From NCBI GenBank assembly GCA_963977015.1, contig CAXBMO010000002.1:288001-352000 (forward strand): a DNA stretch of 64,000 nt. Direction: 5' to 3'. Made by a program: the position numbers and the translations under genes. The stretch is from an uncultured bacterium. Its GTDB lineage: Bacteria > Verrucomicrobiota > Verrucomicrobiia > Verrucomicrobiales > DEV007. Below the pieces are notes generated by a model that was not told the origin of the DNA, searched no databases, and saw only the letters and a list, made by a program, of their open reading frames with translations. Below are positions 19,994 to 27,939 of the stretch, in pieces; position 1 is the stretch's first letter, and every line of letters starts with the position of its first letter.

Positions 19994-20055
19994 TGCGCAG
20001 GACACGTTGGGCGCTGAAGCATCTTTCAAGAGGCCACAGTGCCTTTTCGATGCCC

Positions 20056-22029
20056 TTATGCAACCCGTTGAACATTTGCGCCCTCAGGATCACCTTCTCC
20101 CAAAATGGAAATGGCTGCCTGGGTGATCTCATCAGGGCCAATGGAGGTCATACACCGAAAATCAAGCGGGCAGCGTCGCAGGAAACACGGGCTACACTCG
20201 ACATGACGGCGAATGACTTTGTGGCCGTGACCAAGCGGAGACGTCAGGCTTGGTTCCGTGGATCCAAAGATGGCGACGGTCTTGACGCCCAGCAACGCCG
20301 CCAGGTGCATGGTTCCTGTGTCGTTGGTGATGAGTAGGTGGCAATTCCGGAGTTCTTCCATCAACTCACCGATCGAGGTTTGGCCCACTTTGTTGCTCAG
20401 CTCCACTTCGCATTTTTGCTGGAAATAGTAGGACATTTCATACTCGGCGGGCGCACCATAAATACTCCAATCGACTTTCCCCCGTAGCCGGTCGTCGATC
20501 TCTTCAACCGCCTTCGCAAAGCGTTCGGTGGGATAGCGCTTCGCTTCTCCATAGACGGCCCCAGGACAAATACCAATGCGCCAGCGTCCGCTGAATTCCG
20601 GTTCGTTGTCCCGCATGGCATAAAGATCCGGATCGGTCTGATCCGCCCCAACGTAATGGGCGATTCGCATGTAGCGCCAAGCATGATGCTCGGGCGGCCC
20701 GGGGATTCTTCGCTCGGGGACCACTTGATCCAGGTAGCGCCCCCGACTGTGGCCCTTGTAGCCAACCACATGGGGCACACCTGCAAATTTCATCTCCAAC
20801 GCGGAGCGCAACGAATTTGGAAACACGATCCCGACATCAAACGGCTCCCACATATGGAGCAGGCTCTTGACCTTCAACAACGAAACCCGCCGGGGAACAC
20901 TAATGACCTGATCCACATGTCGAACCGCATTCCACAAATCGGCCGTTCCGTCCGTGCAGAGAACCGTGACGTGAGCGTCAGGCCTTCCGTTTTTGATCGC
21001 CCTGACGGTCGGAACCGACATGCAGGAATCGCCAAGCGGGTTGGGGGCACGGATGAGTATCCGAAAGGGTTTGAGATCCTTTTCGACATCAAAGTTCGGA
21101 GGAAAATCGATTCCACGCCGATAGCCACTCAGCAAAAACTCCGGATTGGGAGTTTTCCAGCGATCATGAACCCAGAACCACTCCTCTGGAGCACGACGAA
21201 TCAGCTGCTCCATCGAGTAATTGAGCTGCGCGGTAATCTGGCCACTGTCCAGCTCGGCTCCATTCTCATCGGTCATCCGAATGGGATCACCATAAACGAC
21301 TCGCCATTTCGCGATGCCATCGGGATACAAACAAACCGGAACAATTGGTGCGCCTGTGCGAATCGAGAACAACGCTGCCAAATTACTGGTGGACGCCAAC
21401 CGGCCAAAGAAAGGGCACCACAATCCCCTTCCGCCTGCGTTTTGATCGATCAAAATTCCAAGCCCACCTCCTTCACGAAGATGCTTCATCGGCCCATAAA
21501 ACCCTTTCTTGCGATCAAATAGGGTCAGTCCATCCTGCGCTCGAGACTCCAGAACGTGCTTGTTGATGAATGGATTGGAAAGCGCCTGATAAAGAGATGC
21601 GCGTTTCACACCGGGCCCCAGAGAAGCGATCTGGCTCAGCAATTCCCAAGCCCCCATGTGGGAAATCGCTACGATTGCCCCCTTGTTCTCCTCAAAAATG
21701 CTCAGGAGGATCTGCTGACTTTCATACCTGACCCGCTTCTCAATCGCAGCAGGCCGCATCAACGACAATTTAACACTCGTGAACAGATTCCTCCCGAGGG
21801 CGCAAAAGTGGCGATGGGCAATTCTACGGCATTCGGAAGCCCCCATTTCATCACCAAGCGCGATGAGAAGGTTCCGCCGAACAATCTTACGATACCCGGG
21901 AAGAAACCAGTAGGCCCACCAGCCGATGAATCCGCCAAAGATCCAGCAGAACCAAAGAGGAACGAAAACCAGGACGGATTCTACCGACCTGAGAAGGAGG
22001 TAAACGAGGTAATGGAGGATTCGCGCCAT
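20056..22029 (-). CDS. Fusion of a lipid A acyltransferase (LpxL/HtrB-like) and a heptosyltransferase II (WaaF-like, GT9)
   Basis: N-half HMGAWE, LIDQ, PFFG, PEEWFWVHDRWK; C-half RAPNPLGD, PGAVYGEAKRYP, TNDTGTMHLAA, CSPCFLRRCP. Confidence 0.88.
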   Translation of the reverse strand: MARILHYLVYLLLRSVESVLVFVPLWFCWIFGGFIGWWAYWFLPGYRKIVRRNLLIALGDEMGASECRRIAHRHFCALGRNLFTSVKLSLMRPAAIEKRVRYESQQILLSIFEENKGAIVAISHMGAWELLSQIASLGPGVKRASLYQALSNPFINKHVLESRAQDGLTLFDRKKGFYGPMKHLREGGGLGILIDQNAGGRGLWCPFFGRLASTSNLAALFSIRTGAPIVPVCLYPDGIAKWRVVYGDPIRMTDENGAELDSGQITAQLNYSMEQLIRRAPEEWFWVHDRWKTPNPEFLLSGYRRGIDFPPNFDVEKDLKPFRILIRAPNPLGDSCMSVPTVRAIKNGRPDAHVTVLCTDGTADLWNAVRHVDQVISVPRRVSLLKVKSLLHMWEPFDVGIVFPNSLRSALEMKFAGVPHVVGYKGHSRGRYLDQVVPERRIPGPPEHHAWRYMRIAHYVGADQTDPDLYAMRDNEPEFSGRWRIGICPGAVYGEAKRYPTERFAKAVEEIDDRLRGKVDWSIYGAPAEYEMSYYFQQKCEVELSNKVGQTSIGELMEELRNCHLLITNDTGTMHLAALLGVKTVAIFGSTEPSLTSPLGHGHKVIRRHVECSPCFLRRCPLDFRCMTSIGPDEITQAAISILGEGDPEGANVQRVA

Positions 22030-22095
22030 GAATTTCGGACTATGGTACGAACTTCCCTAACTTGGAAAGCTGAATCCTGCGACTTCCTCTGAAAG

Positions 22096-22656
22096 CTATT
22101 CTTGGGGCGACTTGTTCTCTGTAGCCGCAGAATCTGCAGAAGCAGCATCCGGCTCAGTTGGCTCGACCTCAGTCTCCGGGTCTGGAGTTGCGGCTTCCTC
22201 TGCAGCTTCAGGCTCGGCTGGTGATTCCGGCGCTTTTTCTGCGGGAGCCTCAGCGGCGGCGTCGCTGTCGGGTGTTGTTTCCACCGTTTCAGGGGTGGTC
22301 GCAGTATCCGGCAAGGAAGGAACAGCTGGCATCGTTTCAGGAGCAAGATCGATATTCGGCAGAGCCGGCTCCCCGGGAACAACCGCCGCCGGCTGGATTT
22401 CTGGGAGAATGTTGCGATTTTGCTGCGCTTTAATCACGGCGAGTAAAACTGCGAGCACGAAAAAGCAGATTGCCAAAAAGCGAGTCCCCTTCTGCAACAC
22501 ATCAGTTGTTTGCGCTCCAAAACTCTCAGACATCATTCCTGACGCAAAGGCGGCGCCAAGTCCTTCTTGCTTTGGCCGCTGCATCATAACCAGCAGGACG
22601 AGCAAAAGACAGACCACGACGTGGAGAAAAAGCAGGATATTGAAAAGGATGCTCAT
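22096..22656 (-). CDS. secG: Preprotein translocase subunit SecG with acidic Pro/Ala-rich tail
   Basis: Two TM helices around MQRPKQEGLGAAF. Confidence 0.9.
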   Translation of the reverse strand: MSILFNILLFLHVVVCLLLVLLVMMQRPKQEGLGAAFASGMMSESFGAQTTDVLQKGTRFLAICFFVLAVLLAVIKAQQNRNILPEIQPAAVVPGEPALPNIDLAPETMPAVPSLPDTATTPETVETTPDSDAAAEAPAEKAPESPAEPEAAEEAATPDPETEVEPTEPDAASADSAATENKSPQE

Positions 22657-23056
22657 AATCGGGCGGCCACTCTATACCGGGCGGGGTATTTGTAAAGCGG
22701 TTCGCCAAGGGTTGATCACGGTGAGAAATCAAGCCCTGGGAATTCGCCGAAACTCAGGCGACTCCCAACCACGCTGAAGACTCGAGAAAATTGATCGGCG
22801 TGATGGCAAAATCACCATGAACAGATGACACAATGAGAATTAAATTAAGGAATTCTTGAATATCTGAGTCCTAACGATAGTCGAAAATCCTGTAATGTGC
22901 TTTTGAATCGAAAGATCCGGACTCTCAAATTTGACAATTTATCGCATTTGAAAGTTAAATTTTATAAAACACACCTTGATTCCGATTCTTTTTTTACATA
23001 AGCTCGCCTTACGACAGCAACTTGACCTGAAAATTATAAAAATTATAAACCAAAGC

Positions 23057-23085
23057 TTGTAAAATATGTCTGGGGCATCTAAAAT
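23057..23085 (+). promoter_or_regulatory. sigma70-type promoter upstream of the MarR gene
   Basis: TTGTAA-17nt-TAAAAT; a second candidate TTGACC-16nt-TATAAA at 23022-23049. Confidence 0.55.
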
Positions 23086-23133
23086 ATTAGCTCCAGCATA
23101 ATTCTAAACTTAACACATCGGAGGTTCCCCGTT

Positions 23134-23595
23134 ATGCAGGTAGTGAACGAACAAGAAACAAACCCAACATCAGAAGCCGGCCGTTTAGCTGACTTTATCA
23201 TGTTTACCCAACGGTCCTTTCTCCTCGATCTCTCGAAGGAGTTAAATAAGGGCAATATATCCTATGCGCAGTTTTTCTTGCTCGGATATCTCGCCAAAGA
23301 GGACTATTTGACGATGACTGACATCTCCAAAAAAATGGGTCACTCCACAGCAGCCGCTACTGGATTGGTCGATCGATTGGAAAAACTCGGCTACGTTCAA
23401 CGGCTTCACGCTGCTGACGATCGCCGCAAAGTCATGGTTCAGATAACCCGCAAGGGTCTCGACTTGGTCAACAGAATGCGTGACGGCATCGCCGAAGACA
23501 TCGCAGAACTGATGGCTAATCTCGATAAGGGTAGCAGTGAAGGCTCTAACCCTCTTACCGAGATCAGCAACTTTCTGATGCGCGACCGCGGCTAA
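23134..23595 (+). CDS. MarR family transcriptional regulator
   Basis: TGLVDRLEKLGYVQR...DDRRKVMVQITRKG; GGAGG Shine-Dalgarno upstream. Confidence 0.92.
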   Translation: MQVVNEQETNPTSEAGRLADFIMFTQRSFLLDLSKELNKGNISYAQFFLLGYLAKEDYLTMTDISKKMGHSTAAATGLVDRLEKLGYVQRLHAADDRRKVMVQITRKGLDLVNRMRDGIAEDIAELMANLDKGSSEGSNPLTEISNFLMRDRG

Positions 23596-23682
23596 CCCCG
23601 CCCCTGCGTCTCGCACTAAAGGCTGCTTTTCCCCCTTAGTACCTCAACTCGATTCTAGCCCTTATTGGGCTAGGCCCCAAAT

Positions 23683-23719
23683 TGCTCCCGCCTCGCATCG
23701 CGAACGGGAGCATTTTTTT
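23683..23719 (+). terminator. Intrinsic terminator after the MarR gene
   Basis: TGCTCCCG...CGGGAGCA followed by TTTTTTT. Confidence 0.85.
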
Positions 23720-23773
23720 GTTCGGAAACTGAACCAACCACGGGAGAATTGTTCTCACTCTGATACTTCACCC

Positions 23774-26719
23774 ATGCAATTCCTCAATCCATGGCTCGCG
23801 TTCGGCCTTTTGGCGGTTTCGATCCCCATCATTATCCATATTCTCACGAGGCAAACCGGCAAAACAGTAGATTGGGGTGCCATTTTGTTTCTGCGGGATT
23901 CGATGGTGATTCGCAACCGGAGAATCCGGCTCGAGGAAGCGCTCTTGATGGCCGCCCGTTGCCTCCTCCTGGCACTGCTTGCCATGGCATTGGCCCGCCC
24001 CTTCATTCCACCGGGCTCCAATACACCGTGGTTCGCGGTTCTCCCGCTCTTTTTCTTCGGCGTGGTTTGCCTGGGAATTGGCGTCGTCCTTTGGGATTTG
24101 GTGAAGTGGCGTTGGATTCTGCTCCTGTCTGGCACAGCAGCGCTGCTTCTGTGTGTCACCCTGGTCTGGTTTGAGAAAGTCTTCAATCTCAGCCGATTCA
24201 GCAAAGGAGGACGTCAGGACATCGCCTTGATTGTCGATGCCTCGACTTCGATGGCGCTCAATTATGACGGTCAGAGCAATTTCCAGCGCGGTCTGGATGA
24301 AGTCCGCACGATCGTGAAACGCAGCCCTCGAGGAAACTCGTTCAGCCTCATCCTCGGCGGCCCCACTCCTTCCGCTCGAATTCTGACGCCAACTTCAGAT
24401 CGCGAGTTTATTCTTCAACAACTGGATGACATCAAACCGCTCGAAGGTGGCATGGCGGCCTACGATTGCCTGACCCTGGCTTCGCTGGGGCTGGCACAAG
24501 GGAGCAATCCGGCAAAGCAGATCGTCGTGATTACCGACGGCCAGAATGTCGGTTGGGAAACCAACAAACCCGGGCGGTGGGCCTTTTTGAAGGATGCATT
24601 TGAGAATCTTCCATCTACTCCGCAGGTGATCGTCCGCGAAATGCCTCTCCCTTCGCACTTCCGCAACGTCTCCCTCGCTGACATTTCCTTCTCGCGCGAC
24701 ATTGTTGGGGTCGATCGTCCCGTCAAAATTTCCGTCACGATCGAAAACACCGGCACGGAGGCGGTTTCGCCGCGGCAAGTTGAGCTTGAGGTGGATGGAA
24801 AGAACCTGGTCGACCAAACGCTGGGCCAAATGATGCCGGGCAGTAAGGAGACGCTCCACTTTACCCATCAGTTTGAATACCCGGGAGCCCACGAGATTCG
24901 TTCCCAGGTGTTCGTCGATGACGAAATTGAGCAGGACAACACCTCGACCAGCGCTCTCAACATTGTTCGGAAACTTCGGGTTCTTTTGGTGGATGGAAAC
25001 GCCGGTGCTCGCTTCTTTGACCGGGCTACCTCCTTCGCCGCGCTGGCCCTTGCGCCGGGAACCACAATCACCGCACCTGGCGCCGATCCCAACAGTGAGG
25101 AAACCATGCGTTTCCTGGTCGATCCCGAGATGGTTTCCGCGATCGATCTGACACAAATGCCTTCCCTCACCCAGTATGACGCGGTGATCCTGGCAGACAT
25201 CCCGCGAATGCCGCGGGAAGTTGCGGAAGGGCTGGAACTTTTCGTCAATCAAGGCGGTGGGTTGCTCATTGCGGCGGGTCCACGCGCTTCGAGCGAATTC
25301 TACAATTCCTGGGTTTCCAGTGACGGCCTCCCCGTCATGCCGGCACGATTGGTGGAACCGGTTGTCCCCAATCCAAACACCGATCCCATCACGGCTTCAC
25401 TTGAGACGTTTCGCCATCCCTCCGTTCGCGTGGTCGCCAATCGCAGAGAAAGTGATCTCGAGACCGGAAGTTTTGCCCACTACTGGAAGTTGAAAGAGAA
25501 TACGGGCATCGATGCGATCGTCGGAGGTCGCCTCAACAATGGAGATCCCTATCTCACCGCTCGTAAGCTCGGCCTTGGAAATCTCGTGCTGCTAGGCTCC
25601 TCTCTGGATCTGAGATCCGGCAATCTCCCAAGTCGCCAGGCTTTCGTGCCCTTCATTCACGAACTCGTCTATTTCCTGGCGAACCCTGGCAATTTTAATC
25701 TCAACCTCGCACCAAAATGGGAACTCGCCCTCCATCTGGCGGGCAACGAACACGCCTTTTCAGGCCATGGGCTGCGCGGAGAATATTTCGCCAACCGAGG
25801 CGATCGTGAACCCAAAGTCACGCGGATTGATCCTGCGATTCAGTTCAACTGGCGCGGCGGGAGCCCGGCATCCGGGATTCCCCAGGACAACTTCAAGATC
25901 CGGTGGACGGGCAGAATCCAGGCTCCCCGCTCGGCAAAGTACAAATTCAGGGCCGAGGCCGACGACTTCCTCACCGTTTACATCGACGGGCGGGATGTGC
26001 TCCGCGCCGAATATGGAAAGTCGCCTCGCGTTCGCGAAGTCTGGCTCGATGCCAATCGCCTGCACGACATCCGGATTGAGTTTCAGGAAGGCACCAGCAA
26101 CGCCCAGGCCGTCCTCTATTGGGAATGCAAAGATCTCCAACGCCAGATCGTTCCGACGTCTGCCTTCCGCTCAGTAACCGGTTCGGAAGAAGACGTCATT
26201 GCCACCTACCGCGTCACCGGTCCCAGCGGCGAAAAACGAGTCGCCAAGATCGAGGCAACGGCCGGAGGAGCCGTCGCGAAAATCCAGGGAGATGTCGCGG
26301 CGGGAACCTACCAGATTCACATTCCTGATGATCAGCGCGAGAAGTTCAACGAATTGCTGGGCGACGACCGGGACACGATCCCGTTTACGGTGAAACGCGA
26401 CCCCGCCGAAAGCCGGCTTCAGCCCCTCACCAACGCAGATAAGGAATTTCTCGCCAACTACGTGGGATTGGTCGAGCCGCAGACTCCCGAGGACGTCATC
26501 TCGATTTTGAACGGAAAGTCTTTTGGAGAGGAGTTGTGGAAGTATCTCGCCCTCGCGGCCCTTTTCTTCCTGCTCCTGGAGGTGGGTTTGTCACGCTGGA
26601 TTGCGACGTCCCGGCAAATGGCGCAGGATCAACGGATCAAGTTCGATACAACGGAAGCCCCAGGGAATGGGTTTGAGAAGCAACTCAAGCAGGTCAAAAA
26701 GAAGGCAGCCGCTGCCTAA
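23774..26719 (+). CDS. BatA-domain/vWA membrane protein with CARDB-like and PA14 domains
   Basis: MQFLNP..PIIIHIL; MIDAS motif DASTSM and ITDGQ; GLRGEYF...IDPAIQFNW...NFKIRWTG (PA14); C-terminal ELWKYL TM. Confidence 0.85.
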   Translation: MQFLNPWLAFGLLAVSIPIIIHILTRQTGKTVDWGAILFLRDSMVIRNRRIRLEEALLMAARCLLLALLAMALARPFIPPGSNTPWFAVLPLFFFGVVCLGIGVVLWDLVKWRWILLLSGTAALLLCVTLVWFEKVFNLSRFSKGGRQDIALIVDASTSMALNYDGQSNFQRGLDEVRTIVKRSPRGNSFSLILGGPTPSARILTPTSDREFILQQLDDIKPLEGGMAAYDCLTLASLGLAQGSNPAKQIVVITDGQNVGWETNKPGRWAFLKDAFENLPSTPQVIVREMPLPSHFRNVSLADISFSRDIVGVDRPVKISVTIENTGTEAVSPRQVELEVDGKNLVDQTLGQMMPGSKETLHFTHQFEYPGAHEIRSQVFVDDEIEQDNTSTSALNIVRKLRVLLVDGNAGARFFDRATSFAALALAPGTTITAPGADPNSEETMRFLVDPEMVSAIDLTQMPSLTQYDAVILADIPRMPREVAEGLELFVNQGGGLLIAAGPRASSEFYNSWVSSDGLPVMPARLVEPVVPNPNTDPITASLETFRHPSVRVVANRRESDLETGSFAHYWKLKENTGIDAIVGGRLNNGDPYLTARKLGLGNLVLLGSSLDLRSGNLPSRQAFVPFIHELVYFLANPGNFNLNLAPKWELALHLAGNEHAFSGHGLRGEYFANRGDREPKVTRIDPAIQFNWRGGSPASGIPQDNFKIRWTGRIQAPRSAKYKFRAEADDFLTVYIDGRDVLRAEYGKSPRVREVWLDANRLHDIRIEFQEGTSNAQAVLYWECKDLQRQIVPTSAFRSVTGSEEDVIATYRVTGPSGEKRVAKIEATAGGAVAKIQGDVAAGTYQIHIPDDQREKFNELLGDDRDTIPFTVKRDPAESRLQPLTNADKEFLANYVGLVEPQTPEDVISILNGKSFGEELWKYLALAALFFLLLEVGLSRWIATSRQMAQDQRIKFDTTEAPGNGFEKQLKQVKKKAAAA

Positions 26720-26791
26720 CAGCAGAACGTCTCGCCAGAGAAGATTCAGAAGAGTAAACGGTCAATATTTTTAAAATATCAACTTTTGCTG

Positions 26792-26819
26792 TTGAACTGT
26801 TCAAAAGAACACTTACAAT
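26792..26819 (+). promoter_or_regulatory. sigma70-type promoter of a small, apparently leaderless ORF
   Basis: TTGAAC(26792-97)-16nt-TACAAT(26814-19); ATG begins at 26826. Confidence 0.7.
26798..26811. promoter_or_regulatory. LexA (SOS) box 1, Verrucomicrobia type
   Basis: TGTTC-AAAA-GAACA, a perfect match to TGTTC-N4-GAACA, lying between the -35 and -10 elements. Confidence 0.8.
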
Positions 26820-26832
26820 GTTCTCATGAACA
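26819..26832. promoter_or_regulatory. LexA (SOS) box 2, Verrucomicrobia type
   Basis: TGTTC-TCAT-GAACA, a perfect match overlapping the predicted +1 and the ATG. Confidence 0.8.
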
Positions 26833-26993
26833 GCACTTCGTCCCAACAGATACCTCAAGTGTCCGATCGAATCCAGTCACTTTTTCAGGACGCCAAACGC
26901 TATCGGAACGCTCGAAAGGTGAGGCAGCGCAATGAGCAGCCCCTCAGTTGCGAGCAACAGCTTCAACTGACTCTGAAGGCGTCGTCAAACTAA
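26826..26993 (+). CDS. Unannotated 55-aa protein, probably SOS-regulated
   Basis: Translated by hand: MNSTSSQQIPQVSDRIQSLFQDAKRYRNARKVRQRNEQPLSCEQQLQLTLKASSN; own promoter and downstream hairpin; below the ORF-track length cutoff. Confidence 0.65.
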   Translation: MNSTSSQQIPQVSDRIQSLFQDAKRYRNARKVRQRNEQPLSCEQQLQLTLKASSN

Positions 26994-27066
26994 GCAATTT
27001 CAAGAATTTCCAGGGTAGAACCGGTGCGTGGTTCTTGGTGTGTCCTGGGTAGAGCAAACAACTGTG

Positions 27067-27130
27067 ATCGCCCGTTTTCCTGAACTCCTTTTTCTTCATT
27101 GGAGGAGTTTGGGAGACGGGCGATTTCCTT
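27067..27130 (+). terminator. Long hairpin, probably terminating the small-ORF transcript (possibly bidirectional)
   Basis: ATCGCCCGTTTTCCTGAACTCCT pairs with AGGAGTTTGGGAGACGGGCGAT, with G-U pairs on the + strand. Confidence 0.65.
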
Positions 27131-27146
27131 GTCCCATGAGCCGCCG

Positions 27147-27818
27147 CTAATCGCAGTTCAAAAGTTCGTCCCAAGCATGGATGATGCGCTCCTCTTTAAC
27201 CAAGATGTGCTCGCACATCCGTTTTTGGGCGAGATCAGAGTCCCGTGCCGCAATCGCGTCCACGATTTCCAGATGTTCGCGAGAGATGTCCTCCGGATTG
27301 GTGCAGGAATGGAGATCGATTCCGTAGAAATAGGGCTGATTGTCCTGATCCAACGTCGTCACGACGATTTTTTCGAGAATCTCATTTTGAGCCGCCCGCG
27401 CGATGAGGTGATGAAATTCCCGGTTCACCCGAATGCATTCCAGAGCATCCACTTCCGGATCATCATGTTCAGGAACAAACGGAGCTGCAATTCTGAGCTT
27501 CTCGATATCCTTGAGCGTTGCCCGCTGAGCTGCCAATCCAGCAATCTGGCCTTCCACCAATCTTCGCGCTTCGCAAACCACCTTGAATCGGTCCAACGTC
27601 AACTCGGGAACGCGATAGCCCTTGTTTGGAATCTGATCCAGAATATGCTCGTGAGCCAGGCGGGTCAGAGCTTCGCGAAGGCTGGCCCGGGAGACGTTCA
27701 ACTCTTCACAAATCGTCTTTTCGATAAGACGTTCCCCCGGTTTAAAGTCACAGGTCAGGACACGCTGACGAATTACATCTGCAATTTGGTCGGTAATTTT
27801 GATGGGACGGATAGACAT
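27147..27818 (-). CDS. GntR (FadR/FCD) family regulator
   Basis: PGERLIE...LNVSRASLREAL; NREFHHLI; EHLEIVDAI. Confidence 0.92.
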   Translation of the reverse strand: MSIRPIKITDQIADVIRQRVLTCDFKPGERLIEKTICEELNVSRASLREALTRLAHEHILDQIPNKGYRVPELTLDRFKVVCEARRLVEGQIAGLAAQRATLKDIEKLRIAAPFVPEHDDPEVDALECIRVNREFHHLIARAAQNEILEKIVVTTLDQDNQPYFYGIDLHSCTNPEDISREHLEIVDAIAARDSDLAQKRMCEHILVKEERIIHAWDELLNCD

Positions 27819-27822
27819 TACA

Positions 27823-27845
27823 TTTTGTCAGATAGTCTGACAAAA
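27823..27845. promoter_or_regulatory. Palindromic operator, probably bound by the adjacent GntR
   Basis: Perfect TTTTGTCAGA-TAG-TCTGACAAAA, 4 nt upstream of the gntR ATG, in the divergent gntR/phoD spacer. Confidence 0.7.
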
Positions 27846-27939
27846 CTACCATCTTCAAACACCACGCTGCCGTCAAGTCACCTTTCGCTTCTGTTTTTTT
27901 GGGTAGACTTTCGGCTCAGCCTTGTTCAGTTGAGATCCC

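Noticed and set aside
26944-27174. 76-aa minus-strand ORF downstream of gntR
   Set aside because: Runs through the hairpins and overlaps gntR; the + strand ORF has promoter and operator support instead
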